Sequence record: SRR20825019_1004
Strand: one strand, 5' to 3'
Length of the DNA: 64,000 nucleotides
Below, piece by piece: positions 1 through 9,282 of the stretch. Below the pieces are notes generated by a model that was not told the origin of the DNA, searched no databases, and worked only from the letters and a program-made list of their open reading frames with translations. Positions within the stretch are counted from its first letter, which is position 1. Every line of letters begins with the position of its first letter. Both the position numbers and the translations under genes were made by a program.

Positions 1-860
1 CCGTTTCCATCTCCTATCATTAAAATGATATTGGCAGGTTTGGAATCGGCATCATATTCATATTTGGGTGTATAAACCTCAACTGGCGATTCCAAGGTAA
101 ATGTGTTTTTGTCCACATCGTCCAAATATTGTTTTGCCAGTGCCGGTTTGTCCGTATTGATGAAATCTACTCCCAATTTGGCCAAACGTGCCCAGGCAGT
201 CTTTGTATCCGGTGTGGCCCAGAACCTGAATGGTTTTCCGGATGCCTTGGCCATGGAAATCGCATCTTTTACTTTGTCCAAATCCGGGCCGGTCATTCTT
301 CCATAACCGTTCCATACCGAATAGTTTTTATAGCTCGTACTCACTAATGCCACCTTACTCAAATCAATAGTAGCAAGCTCATCCAAATTTTGATGGTCGA
401 ACCAAATAAAATCAGGATAGTTTTTGTACTCTTCTGGTTTTGGTCGATTTCCTGAAATCACAAACTTTACGTTGTCGCCATCAATAAGTGCCGGGTACTC
501 CTTCAATATTTCCTCCAACTTTTTCAAGGTGGCGTATGTTTCTGACTTAATATCGATAAGTAATTGAAGTTCCCTAAGTTTTCCGGATGTTTCCAGATCA
601 CTGAGTTGATCCAAGTATAGTTTGTCCAAAGTATATCCTTCCACAATTTCCTCTTCCGCATGGGTAACATAAAGCTCATTGTTCCTCAAAAAAATATCAG
701 CTTCGATAGATGATGCTCCGCTACTGTATGCAAACCAGAATGGCAATTCTTGTGCGTAGTCGTTATGCGAGTGGATTTTGTAACTGTTCTGGGCAAAAAC
801 TTTTCCGGAAATGAACAGCATTAATCCGGCAATAACCAACAAACAGGCTCTTTTTCTCAT
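1..860 (-). CDS. Secreted PLC-like/GDPD-like phosphodiesterase domain fused to an alkaline phosphatase domain (3' part outside window)
   Basis: Absent from the ORF track; translated by hand from ATG 860: MRKRACLLVIAGLMLFISGKVFAQ (signal peptide), IHSHNDY, SIEADIF, LLIDIK, FRFWATPD, GVDFINTD, then NIILMIGDGNG (start of an AP domain) at the window edge. ATGA overlap with the upstream gene. Confidence 0.85.
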   Translation of the reverse strand, partial: MRKRACLLVIAGLMLFISGKVFAQNSYKIHSHNDYAQELPFWFAYSSGASSIEADIFLRNNELYVTHAEEEIVEGYTLDKLYLDQLSDLETSGKLRELQLLIDIKSETYATLKKLEEILKEYPALIDGDNVKFVISGNRPKPEEYKNYPDFIWFDHQNLDELATIDLSKVALVSTSYKNYSVWNGYGRMTGPDLDKVKDAISMAKASGKPFRFWATPDTKTAWARLAKLGVDFINTDKPALAKQYLDDVDKNTFTLESPVEVYTPKYEYDADSKPANIILMIGDGN

Positions 861-1984
861 TTTGCTCGATTTAAGGTTTTTAACATTTTATGGTAAATCT
901 CGTTGTTCTCGTAAATTCCCTGAAAGTTTTCCGCTCCTTGGCCATTGGCAAAAACCGGAATTAACTCCCCACTGTGCTGATCGGTATTGAAATATATCGA
1001 TACTTTTTCGGGAACCTCCTTTTTTTCTCCCGTACTTTCATCCATCTGGTAGTGTTTGCCTATGCTCACTCCGCCTGTTTCATGATCTGCGGTGACCACC
1101 AACAGCGTATTGGGATTTGCTTTCACATAATCCAATACAACACCGAGGGTCTTATCAAAATCCAACACTTCGGTTATCATCATTTCTGCATTCTTGGCGT
1201 GGCCGCCCCAGTCTATGTATGATCCTTCCACCATCATAAAAAATGGTGTTTCTTTCTGGTTGAAATAATCTAAGGCCATTTTGGTGGCTTCGGACAAATA
1301 ATCGCCCCTGCCTTCAATTTTTGATGGTATTCCATCATCCGCCAATACATAGGCATTTCTTTTACCTGTTTCAGGTTTTGAAAGCTCCAAGGTATCCAAA
1401 TGATAGTTCTTGGATAGTAATTCGGCGAAAAGATCTTTGCCATCTTCTCTTTGGTTGAAAAACTTTTTACCTCCACCTGCAAAAAAATCGACTTCGGCAT
1501 CTATCAACTGAGCTGCAATTTCCTCGTGCATATCACGGTCTGTGACGTGTGCATAAAAACTGGCAGGTGTTGCATGCGTTATGGTGGTGAGACTTATTAA
1601 CCCGGTTTGATATCCTTGCTCCTGGAGTTGCTCCAAAATAGTTTCCCTTGGAAAGGAATCCGAAGACACTCCTATGGCTCTTTTATAAGTTTTCTCTCCA
1701 GTGGAGAAGGCCGTGGCCCCTGCGGCCGAATCGGTAATGGTGTAATCCGTTGCGGACGTTTGGTGAAACCCAATTTGTTTGAACCGTGAAAAATTCGGCA
1801 AGCTGTCGCCAAAATAATAAGCGGATGAGACTTGTGGCACACCCATTCCGTCACCAATCATAAAAATGATGCTCAAGGGTTCTTTGGAAACTACTTCTTT
1901 CTGTTCTTGTTCTTTTTTAGTACTACAGCCCACCGGGCCTAAAACAGCCATTGCCGCAATAACCATTCGATATAAAATCTTCAT
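857..1984 (-). CDS. Alkaline phosphatase (PhoA family), lipoprotein
   Basis: IGDGMG, TDSAAGAT (Ser nucleophile), THATPA, EGSYIDWGGH and TADHETGG motifs. Lipobox PVGC follows the likely start at 1984 (MKILYRM). Confidence 0.92.
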   Translation of the reverse strand: MKILYRMVIAAMAVLGPVGCSTKKEQEQKEVVSKEPLSIIFMIGDGMGVPQVSSAYYFGDSLPNFSRFKQIGFHQTSATDYTITDSAAGATAFSTGEKTYKRAIGVSSDSFPRETILEQLQEQGYQTGLISLTTITHATPASFYAHVTDRDMHEEIAAQLIDAEVDFFAGGGKKFFNQREDGKDLFAELLSKNYHLDTLELSKPETGKRNAYVLADDGIPSKIEGRGDYLSEATKMALDYFNQKETPFFMMVEGSYIDWGGHAKNAEMMITEVLDFDKTLGVVLDYVKANPNTLLVVTADHETGGVSIGKHYQMDESTGEKKEVPEKVSIYFNTDQHSGELIPVFANGQGAENFQGIYENNEIYHKMLKTLNRAK

Positions 1985-2066
1985 GCTCTTTTCTTTGTTG
2001 TTTATAAAAATGTAAGCGACAAGTGGAAAAACCAACTTGCCGCTCAGCTAAAAAATACACCTGATT

Positions 2067-3812
2067 TTAATAACCTTCGTTCTGCTCCAAATATCCTGCA
2101 ACATTGGATGCTCCATCTATTGCATCTTGTGGAATCGGGAACAATCTGTGAAATACGTTGTCGTCCGTTTTTTCTGTCCAAGTGTCCTCGTAGTGACCAA
2201 ATCGAATCTGGTCTCCTCTTCTGAAACCTTCCCAGTAGAGTTCAAATCCCCTTTCGCGGAACAAAATTTCCAAATCAATTGCTGGTAATGCTGCCGGAGT
2301 TTGAGCCGGACGTGCTGTCCTTGAAGTTCTTACGGTATTCACATCGGCAAGGGCACCTGCATTGTCGCCCAATCTCAGTTTTGCTTCTGCACGCATCAAA
2401 TAAATTTCCGCCAAACGCATCAATACCAAATCAACACTGCTATAGTTGTTTCCGTTCGGTGATGTGCGACTAAACTGATATTTGGAAACACGGTAACCAT
2501 TTTTGTGCAATCTGCCCTCGTTGGTAAAATCCACCTGCAAATTATGGTTCACATAGTCCACATCCCTGTCAGGGCCATTTCCTTTTCTTTGAATCACTGG
2601 ATAAATACGGTAACCTTCATCACAAGTATAAAAAGCACCGTTCTCGTCCTTACGAGGTCCCCAAATTACTCCTCGGATGATACCTCTATTGATTTCAAAA
2701 TCGTCAGCGGAAACACAGTAATAGTGGTCTTCATCATTCTCGGGAGAAACTCCTGTCAAATCCTGAAGCTCTGCTGGAATCATTTGATTTTCCTGATAGA
2801 ATCTTGCATCTGCCTCTGCCGGATCTACATTCCCATAAGCATCTACCCAAGTTTGATAAAAATCGGATGTAATTGCCGGACCATCGGTTCCATCAGCACT
2901 TGGATGCTCTGGTCGAGGATACCACGAACCTGCCAATGACCAATAGGCCCACCGACTATGTTCGTTGTTCATTACGCCACGCTGGTCCAGTGCAAAAATC
3001 AACTCTGGATTGTCGTGGTTCTCATCGTTGAAGAGTTCAAAATACTCTGGGGACAATGAAAACATTCCCGAATCGATAATATTATCGGTATACTCGATCA
3101 CATTGTTCATATCCTCGGCAGTAAAATCTGGAGTTCCATATGGGTCGCGATACACTGCAGCGTTCAAGCTCAATCGTGCCAAAAAGCCCCACACGGCAGC
3201 TTGGGAAATCCTTCCTGGCCCTCTACTCGTATTGATGACATCCACAACGGACAGTAATTCACTTTCGATATAATCGATGGCTTCTTGCCCTCTTAAAATC
3301 TCCGATAGTTCACCTGAAATTTCTTTCCTAAAGGCCAGTCCCCAACTATCCAAGGTCAGCATGTTCAAATAGGCCCTCAATGCGATCATTTCGTACAGAG
3401 CTCCCTCTGCCTGTGTATCTCCGGCCTCGGCAAGAGGTTGCAACACTTCTATTGCCGTAATGGTTCTGGAAATATTTCGGGTCACTTCGTTCCACGAGCT
3501 GCCAACAAGGTCGTTGCTGGGTGCGATATCGTGTGAATGGGCGTCCAAAAACTTTCCGTTGTCATACCAATCCGTTCCGCCACGGTACGGCAATATGGCC
3601 TCATCTGCGGGAATCAGTTGCAACCCATAGTAGTTGGTATGCCTCCAAGTCCAAGCTATTTGCCCATAGGCAGGTGCAATGGCCCCGCTGATTGCTTCGG
3701 CCTGACCGCTACCCTCAAGGGATTCATCAATAACTTCTTCTTCAAGATCTGTACAGCTTATGTTGGTCAGCAAGCCAATTCCAAATAATGCTATTATTAT
3801 TTTATTCTTCAT
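2067..3812 (-). CDS. SusD/RagB family nutrient-binding lipoprotein
   Basis: Lipobox NISC; RLAEIYLMRAEA, ERGFELYWEGFRR and FPIP motifs; directly downstream of SusC. Confidence 0.95.
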   Translation of the reverse strand: MKNKIIIALFGIGLLTNISCTDLEEEVIDESLEGSGQAEAISGAIAPAYGQIAWTWRHTNYYGLQLIPADEAILPYRGGTDWYDNGKFLDAHSHDIAPSNDLVGSSWNEVTRNISRTITAIEVLQPLAEAGDTQAEGALYEMIALRAYLNMLTLDSWGLAFRKEISGELSEILRGQEAIDYIESELLSVVDVINTSRGPGRISQAAVWGFLARLSLNAAVYRDPYGTPDFTAEDMNNVIEYTDNIIDSGMFSLSPEYFELFNDENHDNPELIFALDQRGVMNNEHSRWAYWSLAGSWYPRPEHPSADGTDGPAITSDFYQTWVDAYGNVDPAEADARFYQENQMIPAELQDLTGVSPENDEDHYYCVSADDFEINRGIIRGVIWGPRKDENGAFYTCDEGYRIYPVIQRKGNGPDRDVDYVNHNLQVDFTNEGRLHKNGYRVSKYQFSRTSPNGNNYSSVDLVLMRLAEIYLMRAEAKLRLGDNAGALADVNTVRTSRTARPAQTPAALPAIDLEILFRERGFELYWEGFRRGDQIRFGHYEDTWTEKTDDNVFHRLFPIPQDAIDGASNVAGYLEQNEGY

Positions 3813-3831
3813 TTTTGAAGTGTTTTTTTGA

Positions 3832-6800
3832 TTAGAATGATACGTTTAAGCCAAAAACAAGGGTTCTTGTTTTGGGATAGTTGAAGTAATCAATACCAAA
3901 GGTCTGTATCCCGTCTATGGTCAAGTTGGAATTGATCTCTGGGTCAAATCCACTATAATCGGTGATTACGAACAGGTTTTGTCCAGTAATCGACAAGCGA
4001 ATGGCATTCACCAATCCATCCAGCCCTATCAACGCCGGGTTTAGGTTGTATCCCAATGTGGCATTGTTCAACCTCAAGAAATCACCGTCCTCCAAGTATC
4101 TTGTGGATACGGCATTGGAGTTGGTAATATCCTCCTCTGGAAACTGTGTGGCAATGGATGTGGTGTTAAAGTTGGAAGTCAGCAGTCCTTTGCTGAACAA
4201 GGACATTGCCGTATGGTTGTACACCTTGTTCCCGGACACTCCATTAAAATTCAACCCTAGGTCAAAATTCTTATAGTTGAAGTTTAGGTAAAAGGCATAG
4301 ATCAAATCTGGCAATGCACTACCGACCACTTGCCTGTCATCTGATAAAATACTAAGTCCATCATCTCCGATTCCCAAGAATTCCTGCATGTAGAAGGCAC
4401 CGATAGGCTCCCCATTGATGTTTCCGTTAATGGTCGCATCTGTTTGTCCTGCCCCTTGTGCCGCTCCCGTGGTCAACACTTCATAAGGCGAATTGGAGAC
4501 CTCGTTCTTGGTATAGGCCAGGTTACCACCGATGTTATAGGAAAAATCTTTGCTATAGTCGCTATGGTAATCCAAAGAGAACTCTACACCACTATTCTTG
4601 ATTTCCATATCCGGAATATTGGTCCAATATTTATCGGTAGGTTGAACAGGGTCCGCTGGGCTCACTTCCAACAAAATGTTTTCGGATACTTTGTTAAAGT
4701 AATCCAAGGTACCGGACAAACGGTTGTTGAACAGGCCAAAATCAAGACCAAAATCCAATTGTTCCGACACTTCCCACTGAATATCTGGATTTGCCAAACG
4801 CGTAAATATGGTGCCGTAAGGATAGTCTGCCAAAGTGCTTTCATCACCATTTATTGGATAGGAGTCATTATTGTCCCTGCTATCGGTAAAACTTCTTTTG
4901 GTAATTTTTGAAGGTATCTCTTGGTTTCCTGTTCTACCCCAACTCGCTCTTAACTTCAAGTTGTTGATGGTTGAATTGGAGCTCAAGAATTCCTCGTTCA
5001 TAATGTTCCAACCGGCAGCTACAGAAGGGAAATACCCATATTTATTGTTGCCTCCAAATTTGGATGACCCGTCCGCTCTCATTGTGGCTGTTAACATGTA
5101 CCTATTGTCAAACACATAATTGGCCCTTCCAAAAAAGGATTGCAGCTCGTTCTCGGTTGCATAGGTGTTCATATAGGTGGGCATATCCTCGGAGCTGATC
5201 TGATCTTGATATTTTGGATCAATCCCGTTATCAGAGAAATCCTCCATTTCAAAACTTTTCTGGTGCACAAAGGTTTCTTGATAGGTGTGTCCGACCAAGA
5301 AGGTAAAGTTGTGCCTGTCAGTCATCAAATTGTAAGTCAAAGTGTTTTCAATAAGACTGTTCTTATTGGTCGTATAGATGCTGTTCAGTTCGCCCCTGAC
5401 AAAATCTTCCAACAGCGAGTATGGTTTTAGCTGTATGTCCCTAGCGGTAGAAGAGTAGTCCACACCCAAGTTCAATTTATAGGTAAGGCCTTTCACAATT
5501 TCTACCGATGGTGCCAAATTGGCCAGAATACGGTGGTTCACGGCATCATCACTATAGATTCGCTCTCGTGTCAACGGGTTTAGCATGTTGTCCAACAAAG
5601 CTGGCTCACCATCAATATACAATGGCAAAGTAGGGTTCAACTGAAGCATATCCCTTACTATGGCATCAGAATCGGCACGAAGGTTCTCCGTTCTGGTAGC
5701 GGTCATATTGAACTCGATTTTTAATCGATCATTGAATGCTCTTTGAGTTAAGTTCAATCGACCTGAATAACGCTTTAGGTCGTTGCCCCTAAGAATTCCT
5801 TCTTGGTCGTTAACTCCCAAAGAAGCTCGGTATGAGAATTGCTCGGATGCTCCGCTCATGGCCAAGTTGACATTTTTGGTGAAACCGGTTCTGCTAAGGG
5901 CATCTTGCCAATTGGTATCGGCCCCGCCATCATCCAAAGTTCCTCCAGCCGCAACAACTTCTTGTCTAAATTGATTTGCAGAAAAGACATCCACTTGATT
6001 GGCCAAGGTTGAGAAACCTGTGGAAACATTAAGGTCCATTTGGGTTCTTCCTGCTTTGCCTCTTTTTGTGGTGATAACGATTACCCCGTTGGCGGCCCTT
6101 GCCCCATAAATGGCGGCAGCAGAGGCATCCTTTAGCACATCTATGCTTTTAATATCCTGTGGATTGATGAAGTTCAATGGGTTGGTCGGCACACCTGTGC
6201 TGGTATTGTCCAGGGCAAATCCGTCAATTACATATAAGGGTGTTGTCCCGGAACGAAGACTACCAACACCCCGAATGATTACATCTTGTTGTGCACCGGG
6301 CTCACCACTTACATTGGAAATATTTACACCGGCAACCTTACCTTGTAAAAGCTGACCTGGGTTCATTACTATTCCTTTGTTAAAATCCTCGCTATCCACG
6401 GAAGAGATTGAACCGGTCACATCTGTCTTTCTTTGAGTACCGTAACCAACCACAACAACATCTTCCAACATGGTCGCATCTTGCTCCAGTTGTATGTTAA
6501 CAGTGCTCTGACCGTTTACCGCAACTTCTTGTGACTTGTATCCCAAATAGGAAACCTGAAGCACGGCATCATCCTCTACATCAATGGTGTAGTTTCCATC
6601 AAAATCGGTAATGGTACCGTTGCCCTTGCCTTTTTCCATTACGGATGCACCTGCCAAGGGAACTCCGTTTTCATCGGTTACCTGCCCGGTAACTGTCAGA
6701 AAAGCCACTTCAACCACTCGTTTAGGTACCTTGGGCTTTACATCTATGGAAATAGTATTGTTTATTCTTCTAAAAGTAAGGTTGGCGTCTTTGGCCATCA

Positions 6801-7086
6801 ATTCCAAAACAGATTTCAATGAAACGTTTTGGTACGAAATGTTATAGGTATTCTGCAACCTATCCACTTTGCGGTCATAAACAAATTTGAAATCGGTTTG
6901 ATCTTCAATTTGTCTCAGCACATCTACTACGGTGGCGTCGTCCACAGACAGATCCACCTTAAAACTTTCCAAGTTCTGACCTCTGGCATCGGCAGCAAGC
7001 ACCGGATTAAGCAGGGACAAAACAATCAGAAAGCAAAATGTATGGAATGTCAACTTGATTAATTGTTTAATAGTTAGTGAATTCAT
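3832..7086 (-). CDS. SusC/RagA family TonB-dependent transporter with N-terminal STN signalling domain
   Basis: N-terminal STN-like extension, VVVGYG, plug motif DVLKDASAAAIYGARAANGVIVITTKRG, C-terminal Phe. Confidence 0.96.
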   Translation of the reverse strand: MNSLTIKQLIKLTFHTFCFLIVLSLLNPVLAADARGQNLESFKVDLSVDDATVVDVLRQIEDQTDFKFVYDRKVDRLQNTYNISYQNVSLKSVLELMAKDANLTFRRINNTISIDVKPKVPKRVVEVAFLTVTGQVTDENGVPLAGASVMEKGKGNGTITDFDGNYTIDVEDDAVLQVSYLGYKSQEVAVNGQSTVNIQLEQDATMLEDVVVVGYGTQRKTDVTGSISSVDSEDFNKGIVMNPGQLLQGKVAGVNISNVSGEPGAQQDVIIRGVGSLRSGTTPLYVIDGFALDNTSTGVPTNPLNFINPQDIKSIDVLKDASAAAIYGARAANGVIVITTKRGKAGRTQMDLNVSTGFSTLANQVDVFSANQFRQEVVAAGGTLDDGGADTNWQDALSRTGFTKNVNLAMSGASEQFSYRASLGVNDQEGILRGNDLKRYSGRLNLTQRAFNDRLKIEFNMTATRTENLRADSDAIVRDMLQLNPTLPLYIDGEPALLDNMLNPLTRERIYSDDAVNHRILANLAPSVEIVKGLTYKLNLGVDYSSTARDIQLKPYSLLEDFVRGELNSIYTTNKNSLIENTLTYNLMTDRHNFTFLVGHTYQETFVHQKSFEMEDFSDNGIDPKYQDQISSEDMPTYMNTYATENELQSFFGRANYVFDNRYMLTATMRADGSSKFGGNNKYGYFPSVAAGWNIMNEEFLSSNSTINNLKLRASWGRTGNQEIPSKITKRSFTDSRDNNDSYPINGDESTLADYPYGTIFTRLANPDIQWEVSEQLDFGLDFGLFNNRLSGTLDYFNKVSENILLEVSPADPVQPTDKYWTNIPDMEIKNSGVEFSLDYHSDYSKDFSYNIGGNLAYTKNEVSNSPYEVLTTGAAQGAGQTDATINGNINGEPIGAFYMQEFLGIGDDGLSILSDDRQVVGSALPDLIYAFYLNFNYKNFDLGLNFNGVSGNKVYNHTAMSLFSKGLLTSNFNTTSIATQFPEEDITNSNAVSTRYLEDGDFLRLNNATLGYNLNPALIGLDGLVNAIRLSITGQNLFVITDYSGFDPEINSNLTIDGIQTFGIDYFNYPKTRTLVFGLNVSF

Positions 7087-7236
7087 AATTTCACATAATG
7101 TTTAAATGGTTATGATTATTTGTAATTATTGAACTATCGACAGCCTATTTCCGCTCGCCAAAGTGTAATGGGCTGTCTCTTTTTTAATGAGTTTGTTTTT
7201 ATGTCATAGTTTATTGATGTTTGATTTTAGTTGGTT

Positions 7237-8193
7237 TCAGTCTGTACATTTTCCCTTTAATTGAATTTTTTTGCTGTTCAGGAACTCATAGCTTATTCCC
7301 TTTTTCGCATAAACTATACTTTCTAGGACGGCACTCAACCTTTCGTTGTTATAGGATGCCGTTAGATGACAATCCCCTATGTTTTCATTATCCACCTCAA
7401 AGGTCACTCCATACCATCGTTCCAAAGTTTCGAGTACTTCGGAAAGTTCGGCATCTTCAAAATAAATGATACCATCTTTCCAATGTAGTAATGCAGCGAT
7501 ATCTATTTTCTTCTTTGAAATGGATTTTGATTGTTTATCGAACACACCTTGTTCGTTTGGCATTAAGAAGATTTCCTTTTCCCTAGAAGCCACCTTTACT
7601 TTTCCCGTGGCTACGGTTACGGCCACTTGATTGCTCTCTGAATAGGTATTTACATTGAAAGATGTTCCCAAAACAGTAGTCTCCACCTCCCCGGATTTTA
7701 TAATGAAGGGCTTATCCGGATTTTCTGCCACATCAAAAAAGGCTTCACCATCCAACTCCACTACCCGCTTATCGGCTTCGAATAGTTTAGGAAACTTTAT
7801 GGTACTGCCCGAGTTTAGGTACACTTCTGTGCCATCTGCTAACACCAAATTCAATTTTTGCCCCCAATCCGTGCTTTTAGTTATTTCCTCGTAAGGTTCC
7901 ACTACCCCTTGTTCTGCAGTATTGGTGTAAATAAAATAAGTGAGTCCCATTAACAGGGTGAGTGATGCGGCAACTTGTGCCCATTGTAGCAAAGGATTCC
8001 TTCTCTTGGAATTATTTATGCTTTTGGCCAGCTTTTGACCGATGCTGTTTTTATGCTTGGAGTTTTTAAATATGTTTTGATGATTCTTTGAGAGCAGTTT
8101 ATAATCAAACTTTTCCAACAGAGATTCTTCCTCTTTGGTAATGGTACCATTGAGGTATTTCTTCATCAAGACTTTGATCTCATTTTCAGTCAT
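7237..8193 (-). CDS. FecR family anti-sigma factor
   Basis: One TM segment; LADGTEVYLNSGS, LDGEAFFDV and VLGTSFNV motifs. Confidence 0.95.
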   Translation of the reverse strand: MTENEIKVLMKKYLNGTITKEEESLLEKFDYKLLSKNHQNIFKNSKHKNSIGQKLAKSINNSKRRNPLLQWAQVAASLTLLMGLTYFIYTNTAEQGVVEPYEEITKSTDWGQKLNLVLADGTEVYLNSGSTIKFPKLFEADKRVVELDGEAFFDVAENPDKPFIIKSGEVETTVLGTSFNVNTYSESNQVAVTVATGKVKVASREKEIFLMPNEQGVFDKQSKSISKKKIDIAALLHWKDGIIYFEDAELSEVLETLERWYGVTFEVDNENIGDCHLTASYNNERLSAVLESIVYAKKGISYEFLNSKKIQLKGKCTD

Positions 8194-8314
8194 TGCGCAT
8201 TCGTTTCATCTACAAGTACCGGAAATGCAAAGGGACGCACATTCAAAAAATGCGGTTTAATGATTACTTAAACTTAACGGGCAGCGCTTAACCTTTAGCT
8301 AAAAAAGAAGGTGC

Positions 8315-8875
8315 TTAAAAGAACATTGACTTAACAATGGAAAGGTCCTTACGAAGACGCCTAAGCGCAAAAGAAATCTGGTTTTCGACCGAGCGATGGG
8401 AGATATTGAGCTGGTTTGCAATCTCTTTATTACTGATATTGTGGATTCGGCTCAACCTGAAAACTTCCTGACACCGTTGCGGAAGATTGGCCATACTCCT
8501 ATCGATACGTTTTGAAAGTTCGAGCACATCTTCTTCCTGTTCAATTTCGGAAACCACACAAATAGAATCGGCAACATCAATCTGTGTTTTGTTGAACTTT
8601 GTATCCCTTAATGAGTTATAACACTTATAGCGAATAGCTTTGAACAAATAAGACTTGATGTTTTCCACCTCAATATGTTCCCTTCGCTGCCAATAATCTA
8701 TCCAAATATCCTGAACAAGGTCCTTGGCAAGGGAATTATTCATGATCAAGGAAGCTGCATAGGTATACATAGGCTCCCACAACATGGAAAACAACGAATT
8801 GAAGGCTTCCCTGTCCGAGTCTTGGACACGAAGGGCAAGTTCTTGCTGCGCTTCATTTGTATGGGGGTGTTTCAT
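8315..8875 (-). CDS. ECF RNA polymerase sigma-70 factor (FecI-like, PUL-associated)
   Basis: DLVQDIWI region 2 and LPQRCQEVFRLSR...EIANQLNISHRSVENQI region 4; adjacent to fecR. ATG 8875 preferred over TTG 8884. Confidence 0.93.
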   Translation of the reverse strand: MKHPHTNEAQQELALRVQDSDREAFNSLFSMLWEPMYTYAASLIMNNSLAKDLVQDIWIDYWQRREHIEVENIKSYLFKAIRYKCYNSLRDTKFNKTQIDVADSICVVSEIEQEEDVLELSKRIDRSMANLPQRCQEVFRLSRIHNISNKEIANQLNISHRSVENQISFALRRLRKDLSIVKSMFF

Positions 8876-9013
8876 CAAAAGCAAATTTCATAAAAATATA
8901 AGTGAACAGATATTATGATTTTGTAAACTTTGTGCAAAGTCGAACCGGTCGTTACCCCAAAAATCAATCATCACAAAAAGCCATTAAATCCCGCTCCTTT
9001 TGTGCAAAAAAAT

Positions 9014-9021
9014 TATATTTG
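9014..9021 (+). promoter_or_regulatory. Bacteroidota -7 promoter box (TATATTTG) for tRNA-Leu
   Basis: Matches TAnnTTTG, about 20 nt upstream of the tRNA. Confidence 0.65.
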
Positions 9022-9040
9022 CACACTTAAAATTCCAAAG

Positions 9041-9124
9041 GCCCACGTGGTGGAATTGGTAGACACGCTACCTTGAGGGGGTAGTGTTCGTAAGGACGTG
9101 CTGGTTCGACTCCAGTCGTGGGCA
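9041..9124 (+). tRNA. tRNA-Leu (GAG)
   Basis: Acceptor stem GCCCACG/CGTGGGC, anticodon stem CTACC/GGTAG with loop TTGAGGG, long variable arm, GGTTCGACTCC T arm; CCA not encoded. Confidence 0.97.
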
Positions 9125-9130
9125 CAGTAA

Positions 9131-9157
9131 AAAACCGCAAGCAATTGCGGTTTTTTT
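9131..9157 (+). terminator. Intrinsic terminator after tRNA-Leu
   Basis: AAAACCGCAA-GCAA-TTGCGGTTTT followed by a T run. Confidence 0.85.
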
Positions 9158-9282
9158 GTTTTTAATCACCTTAATGGCACATGGAACAGGCTGCACTTTT
9201 TTACTTTCTACTTTTTTACCTATTTTCCAGTTTATTCCTAAATAATTGAAATTGTATAAACCTTTCTTAAAGTAACGTTTGC

